DNA of 64,000 bases from positions 9,960-73,959 of the forward strand of contig CAWFFF010000010.1 in NCBI GenBank assembly GCA_963814995.1, written 5' to 3'. The position numbers and the translations under genes are program-made. The stretch is from an uncultured Actinomycetes bacterium. GTDB taxonomy: Bacteria > Actinomycetota > Acidimicrobiia > IMCC26256 > PALSA-610. The number at the start of each line of letters is the position of its first letter. Position 1 is the stretch's first letter. A model generated the notes under the pieces. That model made no database searches. It was not told where the DNA came from and saw only the letters and a list, made by a program, of their open reading frames with translations. Of the stretch, positions 1 to 11,228 are shown one piece after another.

Positions 1-142
1 ATCGAGGAGCTGCGACGCCTCGCGCCCCGTATGCGGTCCCTATGGGCGAACCTCGAACCGATCCACGACTCGGAACCCCCGCGGTCCTCTCGCGGGCCAT
101 GAGCCGCGTCGCCATTGGTCTGTCGACCAGAACCGACTGGCG

Positions 143-1237
143 TCATTGGAGCATCCAGGATTCCCGCCACGGATCGTTCCGCTTCAGCGGCAGCGTCGCG
201 GTCGACGCAGTGCTCGCCGAGCGGTACCACGCAGTGACCAGCTCCAGCGTCGTCCGGGCGTCGTCGAGCGTGACTGGCAGCTCACCGTCGGGGATAGCGT
301 CGATGAAAGCCTGGAACTGTCCCGTGTACTGGCCCGGGGCGACGCCGGCGGTCTGCCAGATCTCCTCGGCCCGCGCCTCGGCGCCGGCATCGCGGAAGTC
401 GAAGCGCCAGGGACCGCGGGCCGGGTCGTACGGGTCGGTCGACGACTCGATCGTGACGTGCTCGAAGCACCACACCAGCCGCGACGACTCCTGCGCGGCG
501 CCCGTGGTGACGTTGAAGGTCATCAGGCCCCCGTCGACGGTCCGCCCGATAGCTACGGCGCAGTCCTCGGTATCCACGTCGTTCACGCGCGTCGCCGTCA
601 TCGCGTGCAGCTCGGCGAGCGGTCCACCGATCCACGTGAGCAGGTCGTTCACGTGGATCGCGTGGTTCACGACGGTGCCGCCCAGCGCGCCTGCCCACGT
701 CGCGCGCCACGGCGCCTCGCGGTAGTACTCGGCATCCCGGCGCCACCACGTCGAGGCCGACGCGGTGTAGAGGCGTCCGGCGATCCCCGCGTGCACGAGG
801 GCCCGCGCCCGGGCCGCACCCGGACCGAACCGGTATTGCAGGACGGGCATCAGCCGCGCGCCGCTGCGCCGTCGAGCGTGCTCGGCGGCCTCGGCGAGGC
901 GGTCGCACGCCGCCACCGAATCCACGAGCGGCTTCTCGCAGATCACGTGCACCCCCGCCTCGAGGCAGCGCACGATCTGCTCCTCATGCCCCGCGGGCGG
1001 TGTGCACAGATCGACCACCTCCACGCCGAGCTCGAGTAGCTCGTCCAGCGAGGCGGTGGCTGCCAGACCCCAGTCGCGCGCCGCGCGGGCGCGGCGGTCC
1101 GGGTCGGTCTCGGCCAAGGCGACCGCGGTGGCTCCGCGCACCTCGAGCCAGCTCAGGAGGTGGAGCTGGCCGACGCCCATACCCACCACGCCGACGCGCC
1201 GCGGTGTCATGGCGTCCGCGCCCGCGGTGTTCCCCAT
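143..1237 (-). CDS. Gfo/Idh/MocA family oxidoreductase
   Basis: N-terminal VGVVGMGVG Rossmann motif, HVICEKP motif, GG..NHAIH catalytic segment; the start may be the ATG at 1210. Confidence 0.9.
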   Translation of the reverse strand: MGNTAGADAMTPRRVGVVGMGVGQLHLLSWLEVRGATAVALAETDPDRRARAARDWGLAATASLDELLELGVEVVDLCTPPAGHEEQIVRCLEAGVHVICEKPLVDSVAACDRLAEAAEHARRRSGARLMPVLQYRFGPGAARARALVHAGIAGRLYTASASTWWRRDAEYYREAPWRATWAGALGGTVVNHAIHVNDLLTWIGGPLAELHAMTATRVNDVDTEDCAVAIGRTVDGGLMTFNVTTGAAQESSRLVWCFEHVTIESSTDPYDPARGPWRFDFRDAGAEARAEEIWQTAGVAPGQYTGQFQAFIDAIPDGELPVTLDDARTTLELVTAWYRSASTASTATLPLKRNDPWRESWMLQ

Positions 1238-2244
1238 GCGACCGCGTGCTCCTGGGCACGGAGGGTCAAGTCGCTCACGGCGAGGACGTGGGCCTGGGTC
1301 ATGAGCCGCTCGCCGTCATCGGCCAGATCCGCCAGCAGGTCGGCGGCCCAGTCGAGCGCGGCGTCGGTGACGTCGATCCGGCGGGCGCCATCGGCGTCGA
1401 CGTGAATCAGGTGCTCCGCGCCTTCGTTTCCGACGACGTCGATGTTGGCCCGCACCTCGAGCGTGCCGGCCGTGCCGGTGACGACGAGGCGCACGTCGCC
1501 CCAGGTCGCCAGGCCCGCCGGGCTGAGGAAGTCGACCGAGTGCTCGCCGTGCACGCCCGGCGCCACCACCGTGAACGACCCGATGTCCTGGAACGCCGGG
1601 TGATCGGGCGTGTTCACGTTGCCGACCGCCGACGCGCGTACGTCGACCCCGTCCGGGTCGCCCAGCACCGCCAGGAACTGGTCGAGCTGGTGGGACGCGA
1701 GGTCGACGAGGATGCCCCCTCCCGCCGCCGGGTCCCAGAACCAGTCCGGTCGCTGATCCGCGTACAGTCGGTGGGGGCCGGTGCCGGTCACTCGTACGAC
1801 CCGGCCGACCGCGCCGGCGCGGGCCAGGCGCACCGCCGCCGCGACGGCTCGGTTCTCGAATCGCTCGGTGAACACGACCGTCCACGCACGACCCGGCCGG
1901 CCGGCGAGTGCTTCGGTCACCGCCGCGAGCTGAGCCCGCGTCGTGACCCCGGGCTTGGCACTCACCACGGCCTTGCCCGCGCGCAGCGCCGCAACCGTGA
2001 TCGCCGCCCGGTCGGCCGGCACCGCGACCGTCACGACCACGTCGATCGATTCGTCGGCGAGGATCTCGTCCAGGTGTGTCTCCCGGGACTCGCCGCGCCA
2101 GCCGCGGTAGGCCTCGACGAGCGCGCCGTCGGGTGTGTGGGCCACGGTCTGCGCGCCCGCGCGCACGAGTCCGTCGACGATCTGGAACACGTGCAGGTGA
2201 TCGGCGCCGGCTACAGCCACCCGAGGTCGGTCCGAACCGGTCAC
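1207..2244 (-). CDS. Gfo/Idh/MocA family oxidoreductase
   Basis: C-terminal half of ORF 1207..3276 (RPRVAVAGADHLH, AGKAVVSAKP, GGGILVDLASHQLD); GTG start at 2244 overlaps the upstream stop (GTGA). Confidence 0.85.
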   Translation of the reverse strand: MTGSDRPRVAVAGADHLHVFQIVDGLVRAGAQTVAHTPDGALVEAYRGWRGESRETHLDEILADESIDVVVTVAVPADRAAITVAALRAGKAVVSAKPGVTTRAQLAAVTEALAGRPGRAWTVVFTERFENRAVAAAVRLARAGAVGRVVRVTGTGPHRLYADQRPDWFWDPAAGGGILVDLASHQLDQFLAVLGDPDGVDVRASAVGNVNTPDHPAFQDIGSFTVVAPGVHGEHSVDFLSPAGLATWGDVRLVVTGTAGTLEVRANIDVVGNEGAEHLIHVDADGARRIDVTDAALDWAADLLADLADDGERLMTQAHVLAVSDLTLRAQEHAVAWGTPRARTP

Positions 2245-4529
2245 GACACCTGCCGGGAGAGGGCAGCGAAGTCGGCGGTCCACTTGGCCCGGTCGGAGTG
2301 CAGCGCGTACGTCGTCGCGAGGTGATCGACGGTGCCCCAGGGTGAGTCGTGGCGCGGGAAGTCGCGGAGCGACTGCTCCCGCCCGGCGACGGTGAACGGC
2401 ACCGGTCGAGCCGAAGGCGATCTTGCCGGCCGACGGCGACTGCCAGGCGACGGTGAAGCCCTCGTCGGTACGGGTCACGGTCGGGTCGGGCCGCCGCAGG
2501 GACGCGACGAACGTGTCCAGGTCGCCGTCGTCCTTGGCGGTGCCGACCTCGACGATCCACACGTTGTCGGCGTCCTCCGTTCGCGACCAGGTCGAACGGC
2601 TTGGCCATGCCACGCGTCGCGTAGACCTTAGGGTCGTAGACCCGCCACGTCGGAGCCCGCCACGACCACAGCGCGATGTAGGCGCCGGCGCGCTCGGCCA
2701 CCGTCCAATGGCCCGGCTTGGCGCACCTGGTCGAAGTGGTCCTGGGGCACGTAGGCGTGCGTGAAGTCGCGGTAGCCGAACACCGACCACACGAGCGGGT
2801 CGGTCGACTGGTCCCAACCCGGCTGGTAGATGTGCACGGCCGTGCGCTCGAACTGGGCCGAGCGGGGCATCGAAGCCGTCCCCGTCCAGTACCCGGGCTG
2901 GCCGTCGTCGGTCCAGTCGGTGCTCTTCGCGAGCTCGGTGCCGGGGTGGGTCGTGAACACCATCGCGTTCTCGTCGATGGCCGCCTGCCACGCGTGCACC
3001 TGATCTCGCATCGCGCCGAAGCGGTGATCGACCACCGTCGCGAGCGACACCTCGGGCGCGCGCCATGCATAGGTGTTGGCTTCGCTGAGGAACCCGAAGT
3101 TGATCACCGCGGCCCGCGGCTGTTCCCAGGCGGCGATCTTGACGGGGTCGTTGTCGTTGAGCGCGGCGAGGAGCTTGATCTGTCCGAACGCCTCGGTCTC
3201 CCAGAGCCGGAACTCGTTCGCGGCGTCGATGCTGACCTTGGCCAACGGCCACATACCGATGGCGCCCAGGCTCCACCAGAACGGCAGGTTCGCCCGCGAC
3301 TCGAAGTCCCGGTTATAGGGGGCCTTCGGATGATCGGTGACCGGCGAGCTCCCGTCGAAGTACACGCCGTGACGCTCGCGTGTCACGCCGGTGCGACTCG
3401 CGGTGGCGATGTCGACCAGGACCTGGGGTGGCCGATAGCGAGTCGCCGCGCAGAAGTAGGTCGCGCCGCCATCGGTCTTCGACGGGTACTCGGCGCGGGT
3501 GTCGTCGAAGACGAACTTGGTGGTGCCGAAGGTGTCCTCGTCGAGCGACGACATCTTGTCCTTCTTGTACGTGCGTCCCCGGGGCGCGGTGTAGCAACCG
3601 TTTTGGAGATGGGCCGCCATGTCGAGCAGGCACAGGTCGAGACCCATGCCCGCCGCCGTCACGATCTCCGGATCGTCGGCGAGCTCGGTGAACATCAGCA
3701 GGGGCGTCACGTTCTTGAGCATGTAGACGTTGGAATGCCACTCGAAGAATCCGAGCGTTGCGCGCTCGTGCACCCACTCGAGGATGTCGGGGCGAGCCCG
3801 GGCCCGGTGCTGCGCCCCGGTGAGTCCCGTGATCGTGAACTTCTCGTCGGGGAACCGCTGCCCGGCGAGGTACTCGTTGGCCAGCCCGATGATGCGGTGG
3901 TTCTCCGACCAGAACCACTGGCTGTCGACCCGATCCGCCGGCAGCGGGTCGTCATAGCGATAACGGTTCGCCACGAACCGCATCTTGATCGCGGCGAGCA
4001 GCTCGTCGGACAGGCGCGTCATCGGGGTCGTGCCCCGGCCGAGGACCAGCAGCCAGTGCAGGTACATCAGGTCGAAGTCCCGGGTGTCCTGCCAGCCGTC
4101 GATCCTCGTCCACTGGTCGGCGAGCGAGTCGACCGTGGCCCCGGCCGCGTCCCACGTGTACGCGGGCTCGCGGGCGGCGCGGATCAGATGGGTCGCGATC
4201 CCGACCGGGCCCGAAGCCTGAGGCTCGGCGGTGGCGAAGGCGAGGTACGCGTCGACGCGCTGCTGGTAGGTCTGTTCGGCCATCAACCCCGCGCTCCCGG
4301 GCGGAGCGAGTGCCGCGGCGGGCGTCGCGGCGCCGGGACCGGCGGGCGTCGCGGCCGGTGTCGTGGTGGCCGTAGGTCGTGCGGTCCCCGAGCCCGAGCA
4401 CGCCATCAACAGCGTGCCGCCGAGAATGGCCCCGGAGGAGGCCAGCAGGAACTCGCGCCGATCGAGCCGGAGCGCGTCGAGGCGGAAACGTCGGGCCTGG
4501 TCGTCGGCGGATTCCTCGGGTGTGGGCAT
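2241..4529 (-). CDS. Tat-exported lipoprotein of unknown function, possibly heparinase II/III- or lyase-like; frameshifted near the 3' end
   Basis: RREFLL twin-arginine motif, LMAC lipobox, WFWSENH and EWHSNVY segments; coding continues through frame changes near 2720, 2580 and 2400 to TADFAALSRQVS-stop. Confidence 0.6.
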
Positions 4530-4555
4530 TGGGCGCTCCTTCGTTGGAGGTCGGT

Positions 4556-5548
4556 TCACGCCGTGGGCGGCGGCGCGGTGGACGCGCCGCCGACGAGGTG
4601 CGGTTCGAGCACAGTGCGGTACGCGGCGCGCCGGCCGGCCAGGAGATCGGCGAGCCGAGCAAGCGCAGCCCGGCCGATCTCGGGCAGAGGCGCGGCGACG
4701 GTCGTCAGCGCGGGCGCAGTCATCGACGCCAGCTCCAGGCCGTCGGACCCGACGACCGAGAGGTCGCCCGGCACCGCGACCTCCGCGTCGTGGGCGGCCA
4801 CCAACAACCCCGCGGCCTGCACGTCGTTGAACGCCACGACCCCGGTCGCGCCCGCGCGCCGGACCGCGTCGAGCAACGTGCCCCCCGCCGCGAACGTGGC
4901 CGGCGCGGGACCTATCTCGTCGACCCGCAGGGCCGCGTGCCGGGGATCGGCCAACAGCCGGCGCAGCGTCTGCACCCGCCGCCCCGCTGACCAGTAGCCG
5001 ACCGGACCACCTACCACCGCCAGGTGGCGGTGGCCCTGCGCCACGAGATGCTCGATCGCCAGCGCGACGACCGCCGCCTGGTCGACCACGACACTCGGCG
5101 CCACGCGCGATTGCCGGTTCACCTGCACCATCGGCAACCGGCTCGTGGCCAGGTCCGTGACCGGGGTGAGCACCACCAGCCCGTCGACCTGGCCGTCGAG
5201 GCCGGCCAGCGCGCGACGTTCCTCATCGGGATCGCCACCTGTGTCGGCGATCAACACCCCGAGATCGTCCGCCCGAGCATCGACCTGGATCGCCTTGAGG
5301 ATCGCCGCGAAGTACGGATTGGAGATGTCGGGCACGACGACGCCGATCGCGCCCGCCCGACCACTGACCAGGTGGCGCGCGGCGCGGTTCGGGACGAAGC
5401 CGACCGCCTCCACCGCGGCCAGGACCTCGGCCAAGGTGGCGGGGGCCACCATCGACGGCCGGCTCAGCGCCCGCGACACGGTCGCCGGGTGGACACCCGC
5501 ACGGCGGGCGACATCGTCGAGGGTCGGGACCCCTCCCGATTGCGACAC
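4556..5548 (-). CDS. LacI family transcriptional regulator
   Basis: PTLDDVARRAGVHPATVSRAL HTH, VPDISNPYF, AFNDVQAAG, VPGDLSVVGSD. Confidence 0.93.
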   Translation of the reverse strand: MSQSGGVPTLDDVARRAGVHPATVSRALSRPSMVAPATLAEVLAAVEAVGFVPNRAARHLVSGRAGAIGVVVPDISNPYFAAILKAIQVDARADDLGVLIADTGGDPDEERRALAGLDGQVDGLVVLTPVTDLATSRLPMVQVNRQSRVAPSVVVDQAAVVALAIEHLVAQGHRHLAVVGGPVGYWSAGRRVQTLRRLLADPRHAALRVDEIGPAPATFAAGGTLLDAVRRAGATGVVAFNDVQAAGLLVAAHDAEVAVPGDLSVVGSDGLELASMTAPALTTVAAPLPEIGRAALARLADLLAGRRAAYRTVLEPHLVGGASTAPPPTA

Positions 5549-5569
5549 ACGCCGACCGTAGCAGCAGAA

Positions 5570-5583
5570 TGCAAACGCTTGCA
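5570..5583. promoter_or_regulatory. Putative LacI-family operator TGCAAACGCTTGCA
   Basis: Near-perfect palindrome with the central CG typical of LacI sites, lying between divergent lacI and DHDPS-like genes. Confidence 0.7.
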
Positions 5584-5614
5584 GGTACTCGTGATCCCGA
5601 CCAGGATGGGCTGA

Positions 5615-6566
5615 GTGACGAGCTCGGTCGAGTCCCCCGTACCGCTGCGCCCGCGCCGCCGGATCGCCGGTCACGCCGCGGTGCTGCTCCCCCACACTCG
5701 AGCCGGCGCAGTCGACTGGACCTCGTTCGAGGGGCTGCTGGCGCGCACCGCGGCCGCGGGCCTGACGCCGGCGGTGAACATGGACACCGGCTTCGTTCAG
5801 CTCCTCGACCCGGCCACGCGGGCCCGGGTCCTCGCGGTCACCGCCCGGATCGTCGGGCCCGGCTTCTTGGCCGGCGCCTACGTGGAGGACCAACCCGGCG
5901 ACAACTTCGCCCCCGAGCCGTACGCGGACGGCAATGGACGCGATCGCTGAGCACGGCGGCGTGCCCGTGGTGTTCCCATCGCACGGCCTCAACGCGCTCG
6001 ACCCCGCGGCGTGGGTCGCGGCGCACGAACGCTTCGCCGAGCGCAACGATCGCTTCATCGCCTTCGAGCTCGGCTCGATGTTCGTTCCCTACGGCCGCAT
6101 CTACCCCCTCGAGGCGTACCGCGGACTCCTCGGCATCACGGCCTGCGTCGGCGCCAAGCACTCCTCGTTGTCGCGGCAAGCCGAGTGGGATCGCCTCGCG
6201 CTGCGCGACGCGGTCCGCCCCGACTTCGCGGTGCTCACCGGCAACGACCTCGCGATCGACATGGTCTGCTACGGCAGCGACTACCTGCTCGGTCTGGCCG
6301 CGTTCGCCCCCGACCTGTTCGCCCGCCGCGACGCGCTTTGGGAAAAGGGTGACCCGGCGTTCGGCGAGCTCAACGACGCGCTGCAGCGTCTCGGCACGTT
6401 CGCCTTCCGCGACCCGGTTCCCGCATACCGCCACGACGCCGCGATGTGGCTCGAGCTGCGCGGCTGGATCACCTCCGACGCGGTGGCTCCGGGCGCGCCG
6501 ACGCGGCCGGATGCCGACCGCGCGGTTCTCCGCGAGCTGGCGTCCCAACTCGGACTGCTCGCATGA
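5615..6566 (+). CDS. Dihydrodipicolinate synthase-like (class I aldolase) family protein; frameshift near 5930
   Basis: ORFs 5615..5950 ([13 protein letters not shown]) and 5934..6566 ([18 protein letters not shown]). Confidence 0.75.
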
Positions 6567-8020
6567 GCGCGTTCGTACAGGTCCGGCGCCTGGCCGACGT
6601 CGAGGCGTTCACCCGGCACTGCACGAAAGTGGGTGCGCACCTTCCGATCGACGCAGTCGTCGAGGTGGACGGGCCGCTCGCCGCACCACTGGTGATCTGC
6701 GACGGTTCCGCGGGCGAGCGGGTCGTCGGCAACCGCCTGGCCGTCCTGCCGATGGAGGGCTGGGACGGCACCGATCAGGGAGCACCCACCGATCTGGTCC
6801 GTCGCCGGTGGCGCCGATTCGGGCGCAGCGGGGCCAAGCTGATCTGGGGCGGCGAGGCGGTGGCGGTCGACCCCGCGGGCCGGGCCAACCCGCGCCAGCT
6901 CGTGCTCGAGCCCGGCACGTCGACACAGTTCGCCGCGCTGCGCGACGACCTGGTCGACGCGCACCGCGCCGCGCACGGCCGCACCGACGACCTCGTCATC
7001 GGGCTGCAGCTCACGCACTCGGGTCGTTGGAGCCGGCCGTTCGGGGCACCGGCGCCGCGGATCGTGGCGCGGCACCCCGAGCTGGATGCCCGCGTCGGGG
7101 CCGACGCGTCGTCGCTGCTCGACGACGACGAGCTCGACGCGCTGGCCCGCCGCTTCGTGGACGCCGCCGTGCTCGCGGCCGACGCCGGTTTCGACTTCGT
7201 CGACGTGAAGCACTGCCACGGTTACCTGCTGCACGAGCTGCTCGCGACCCGCAACCGGCCGGGCCGCCACGGTGGATCGCTCGACCGGCGCCTCCGGGTG
7301 CTCCAGAAGGTCGCCGACGGTGTGCGCGCGGCACGGCCCGGCCTCGCGATCGGAGTCCGGCTCTCCGCGTTCGACCTCGTCCCCTTTTCGCCGGGCCCCG
7401 ACGGGCGCGGGCGGCCGGTCCCCGGAGTTGGTGCGTGGCGTCCCTTCGGCGCCTCACCCGACGGGTTGCAGGTCGACCTCACCGAGACGCACGCGGCCAT
7501 GGCCCGGTTCCGTGAACTGGGCATCGGATTGGTCTGCATCACCGGCGGGAGTCCGTACTACAACCCGCATATCCAACGCCCGGCCTACTTCCCGCCGTCC
7601 GATGGCTACACGCCCCCGAACGATCCGCTCGTCGACGTCGCGCGGCTCGTGCACGCCGCATCCGAGCTGACCCACGCGCACCCCGACATGACCGTCGTCG
7701 GCAGCGGCTACTCGTACCTGCAGGAGTTCGTCGGCCACGTCGCCCAGGCCGTGGTGCGTCGTGGCGACGCCACCATGGTCGGCTTCGGGCGCATGATGCT
7801 GTCGTACCCGGACCTGCCGGCCGATCTCCTCGCGGGTCGGACGCTCGATCGCCGCTCGATATGCCGGACGTTCAGCGATTGCACCACCGCGCCCCGGCAC
7901 GGCCTCGTGTCGGGCTGTTATCCCCTGGACGAGGCCTATCGGTCGACGCCGGAACGGGTCGAGCTTGCGGCGATCAAACGCCGCGCCCGAGCCGCCGTTG
8001 CAGCCAGCCCGATCAGATGA
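6563..8020 (+). CDS. NADH:flavin oxidoreductase (Old Yellow Enzyme family)
   Basis: [39 protein letters not shown] motifs; ATGA overlap with the upstream gene. Confidence 0.88.
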   Translation: MSAFVQVRRLADVEAFTRHCTKVGAHLPIDAVVEVDGPLAAPLVICDGSAGERVVGNRLAVLPMEGWDGTDQGAPTDLVRRRWRRFGRSGAKLIWGGEAVAVDPAGRANPRQLVLEPGTSTQFAALRDDLVDAHRAAHGRTDDLVIGLQLTHSGRWSRPFGAPAPRIVARHPELDARVGADASSLLDDDELDALARRFVDAAVLAADAGFDFVDVKHCHGYLLHELLATRNRPGRHGGSLDRRLRVLQKVADGVRAARPGLAIGVRLSAFDLVPFSPGPDGRGRPVPGVGAWRPFGASPDGLQVDLTETHAAMARFRELGIGLVCITGGSPYYNPHIQRPAYFPPSDGYTPPNDPLVDVARLVHAASELTHAHPDMTVVGSGYSYLQEFVGHVAQAVVRRGDATMVGFGRMMLSYPDLPADLLAGRTLDRRSICRTFSDCTTAPRHGLVSGCYPLDEAYRSTPERVELAAIKRRARAAVAASPIR

Positions 8021-8858
8021 CGTAGTCGTCGTTGCTGGCTCGAATGGTGATGTCGCTGATGCTGACACCCCAGGGTTGGTTGATCGCGTAGACGACCTGG
8101 TCGGCCAGCAGGTCCGGGGCGAGCGCGGCGTACTGGATGCTGTCCGGGCTGGCGAGGTGCTCGGGCGGGTGCTCGGCGAACACCTGGCCCAGCTTCTCGT
8201 AGAACCGGTCCTTGTTGGCGCCGAGCACCGGGTTGACGGCCTCGGGGTTGACGATGCCGCCGGCCAGGCCGGTGCCGGGCACGCCGGTCGGGCGAATCGT
8301 CGTGACCTTGATCCGGCCGAGGGACTCTTGGCGGAGCGACTCGGACAAGACGTTGACCGCGGCCTTGGTCGCGCCGTAGACGGCGGCGCCGGCCATGGGG
8401 TGGTTGCCGTACACGGAGGAGATGTTGACGACCTGACCGCGGCCTTGGCTGATCATCTGGTCGTACACGGCGATGATCCCGTTCAGCACACCCTTGATGT
8501 TGATGTCGATGCAGCGTCCCCACGCCTCGGCCGCCACTTCGTGGTCGGCGTAGAACGCCAATGGCATCACGCCGGCGTTGTTGATCATCACGTCGATGGA
8601 CCCGAAACGGTTCGCGATCGTGTCGGCGAACGCGCGCATCCCCATCAGGTCGGTCACGTCGACCGTGCCGATCTCGGTCCGGTCACCCGCGAGGTCGGTG
8701 AGCCCGTCTCCGTTGATGTCGCATGCCCCGACGTTGGCGCCGAGCGCCGCCGTCTTCTCCGCGAGGAGTCGCCCGAACCCGCTCGCCGCGCCGGTGATGA
8801 TGACCGTCCGCCCCGCAACGTGGTTCGCGGCGATGTGGTTCGCGGCGAGGTCGTTCAC
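8013..8858 (-). CDS. SDR family oxidoreductase
   Basis: TGAASGFG, NNAG and YGATK motifs. Confidence 0.92.
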   Translation of the reverse strand: MNDLAANHIAANHVAGRTVIITGAASGFGRLLAEKTAALGANVGACDINGDGLTDLAGDRTEIGTVDVTDLMGMRAFADTIANRFGSIDVMINNAGVMPLAFYADHEVAAEAWGRCIDINIKGVLNGIIAVYDQMISQGRGQVVNISSVYGNHPMAGAAVYGATKAAVNVLSESLRQESLGRIKVTTIRPTGVPGTGLAGGIVNPEAVNPVLGANKDRFYEKLGQVFAEHPPEHLASPDSIQYAALAPDLLADQVVYAINQPWGVSISDITIRASNDDYVI

Positions 8859-9556
8859 AGTGCCGTTCCGAGCTCGAAGGTCGCGGTGAGGTTCTCACCC
8901 CAGCTGCAGAAGTCCGGCGTGGCCGGAAGGCCGAGCGCGCGAAGCTCGTCGGCGATCGGGCCCGCTCCCAACTCGATGCGTACATCGTTCGGATCGACGA
9001 CACCACGCCCGACCTCGATGTTGAGTGGCGTGGCATAGGGAACGTTGTCGAGGTACGAGTAGCTGACGGAATCCATGTGCGCACGCGGTCCGAGTTGCTC
9101 GACGCGCGGGACTGCAACCGTGAGTGCGAGTTCGTCGTTCTGCCAGAGCGCCGCGTGCACCTCGTCGCCCGGATAGGTCACGTCGATCCGTTCGACGGTC
9201 TTGGGGAACCCCATGACGGCGTTGCCGGCTTCGCACGTGAACGCCTGGTTGACCGGCATCCGATAGACGAACGAGCCGATGACATCGAGCTGGCCACCGG
9301 CCGGACGCGCCAGAAACCCGAGATTGACCTCGTTGTAGTCGCCCCACGGGTTGTCCCGATAGTCGCAGATGCTGACGATGAACTGGGCAGTGCCGTCACC
9401 GACCTCGATGAGCTCGAAGGCATCACCCGGGAGCAGTTGCGATGCCGGGGATACCGCAACGCTGAATCCCATCGTCACGGCATTGAAGGCGCGGACCTCC
9501 ATGGGGAACGTGATGCGACGGCCCTGGATCTGACCCCACTCGAGCGTCGGGTTCAC
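8855..9556 (-). CDS. Acetoacetate decarboxylase family protein (Rv3519-like)
   Basis: IQGRRITFPMEVR, DYRDNPWGDYNE, MPVNQAFTCEAG..GFPK; in frame with the upstream ligase C-terminus in this assembly. Confidence 0.72.
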   Translation of the reverse strand: MNPTLEWGQIQGRRITFPMEVRAFNAVTMGFSVAVSPASQLLPGDAFELIEVGDGTAQFIVSICDYRDNPWGDYNEVNLGFLARPAGGQLDVIGSFVYRMPVNQAFTCEAGNAVMGFPKTVERIDVTYPGDEVHAALWQNDELALTVAVPRVEQLGPRAHMDSVSYSYLDNVPYATPLNIEVGRGVVDPNDVRIELGAGPIADELRALGLPATPDFCSWGENLTATFELGTAL

Positions 9557-11159
9557 TGCATCCGCTTCGATAAGCGCGCGGGCACGTTGGTAGTCGGGTT
9601 TGCCACTCGGCTGGCGGGGCATCTCATCGACGAAGTGGAGTTCCCGCGGCGCCTTGTAGCGCGCAAGCTTCGTTGAGCAGAATGCGGCAACCTCCTCCAG
9701 CGTGAGTTCTTCGCCGGGTCGCATCTGTACGACGGCCACCACTTTCTGGCCCCAGCGTTCGTCGTCGACGCCGAGCACCAGCGCGTCGAAGACCGCCGGA
9801 TGGGCTTTGAGTGCCGACTCGACTTCTTCGGGGTAGATCTTCTCGCCGCCGGAGTTGATGCATTGCGATCCACGACCGAGGAGGGTCATCGTCCCATCGA
9901 GTTCCAAGCGCGCGAGGTCGCCCGGGACCGAGTGGCGGACGCCGTCGACGTCGATGAACGTCGCGGCGGACTTGACCGGGTCCTTGTAGTAGCCGATCGG
10001 TACGTTGCCGCCGCGCGAGCCGACCGATCTCACCCGGCCGTACCCGCATGTTGTCGTCGTCAATGATCTTGGAGTCAGGGCCGAGTGGCACGTTGAGCAG
10101 TCCGCCCCGGGCGGAGATCGTCGGTGCGGGTTCTCCCTTCGTCGCGGCGCGCATGCCGTTGAACCCGCCTTCGGATGATCCGACGGCCTCGCTGATGATC
10201 AGGTTCGGCAGGAGTTGGAAGAGCTGCGCCTTGACCACCGGTGAGAACACCGCCGCGGTCGACGCGATCGCCACGAGTGACGACGTGTCGTACGCGCCCT
10301 CGGTCACCGCGTCGATCAGCGGGCGTGCCATCGCGTCGCCGGTGATACTGATGACCGCGATGCGGTGCTGTTCGATCGCCTGCCACACCAGGTGAGGGTC
10401 GAAGCGGGGAAGCAGCACGTTCGTGACGCCCTTGAACAGCCCGCCCAGCGTGCCCCACTGCGCGGCGCCGTGCATCAGCGGCGCGAGCACCAAACCCGGC
10501 GTGGGTTCGGACTCGCCGGCAACGCGCGCGAGTTGGAACTCGTCGGTGATGCGCTCACCGGTCACGAAGTCGATCCCGCCGCCGAGGGCGCGGAACACGT
10601 CCTCGTGGCGCCACATCACGCCTTTGGGCATCCCCGTGGTGCCGCCCGTGTAGAGGATGTACAAGTCACCGTCGTCACGGACGCCGAAGTCGCGCTCGGG
10701 CCCGAACGCGGCCAACGCGTCCTCGTAACGAACCGCGCCGGTCGGCGCGGGCTCGACGGTCCCGTCGTCGATCTCCACGAAGTGACGCAACTGCGGAAGC
10801 CGGCCGGCGACCTCGGCGATGTAGGGCGAAAACGATGCCTGGTAGATCGCGGCCACGATGTCGGCGTTGTCGAAGAGGTAGACGAGCTCGTCGGTGACGT
10901 AGCGATAGTTCACGTTGATGGGGACGGCCCGCAGCTTGTAGGCCGCGAGCATCGACTCGACGTACTCAATGCTGTTGTACGAGTAGATCGCGACGTGATC
11001 GCGCTCGCCGATACCGTTCGCGGCGAGGTGGTGGGCCAGCCGATTGGCCCGCGCGTCCAACTCCGCGAACGTGACCGTGCGATCACCACAGATCAGCGCG
11101 GTCCGGTCGGGAACAACGTCGCTGGTGTGCTCGGCGAGATCAGCCAGATTGAAAGCCAT
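9553..11159 (-). CDS. Acyl-CoA synthetase (FadD19-like); frameshift near 10015
   Basis: MAFNLADLAEH start, YTGGTTGMPKGVMW AMP-binding motif, LLGRGSQCINSGGEKIYPEEVE, SGKPDY. Confidence 0.85.
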
Positions 11160-11228
11160 GTGAGTTGGCCTATGCCCTTCGGGTGGTTCACGGCCGAGTG
11201 ACCGATCGTTGCCAGTTGTTCGGACGCG

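Noticed and set aside
8820..8850. Short 15-bp tandem repeat at the SDR 5' end (AANHI-AANHV)
   Set aside because: Two copies in a variable N-terminus, consistent with local slippage and with no evident function.
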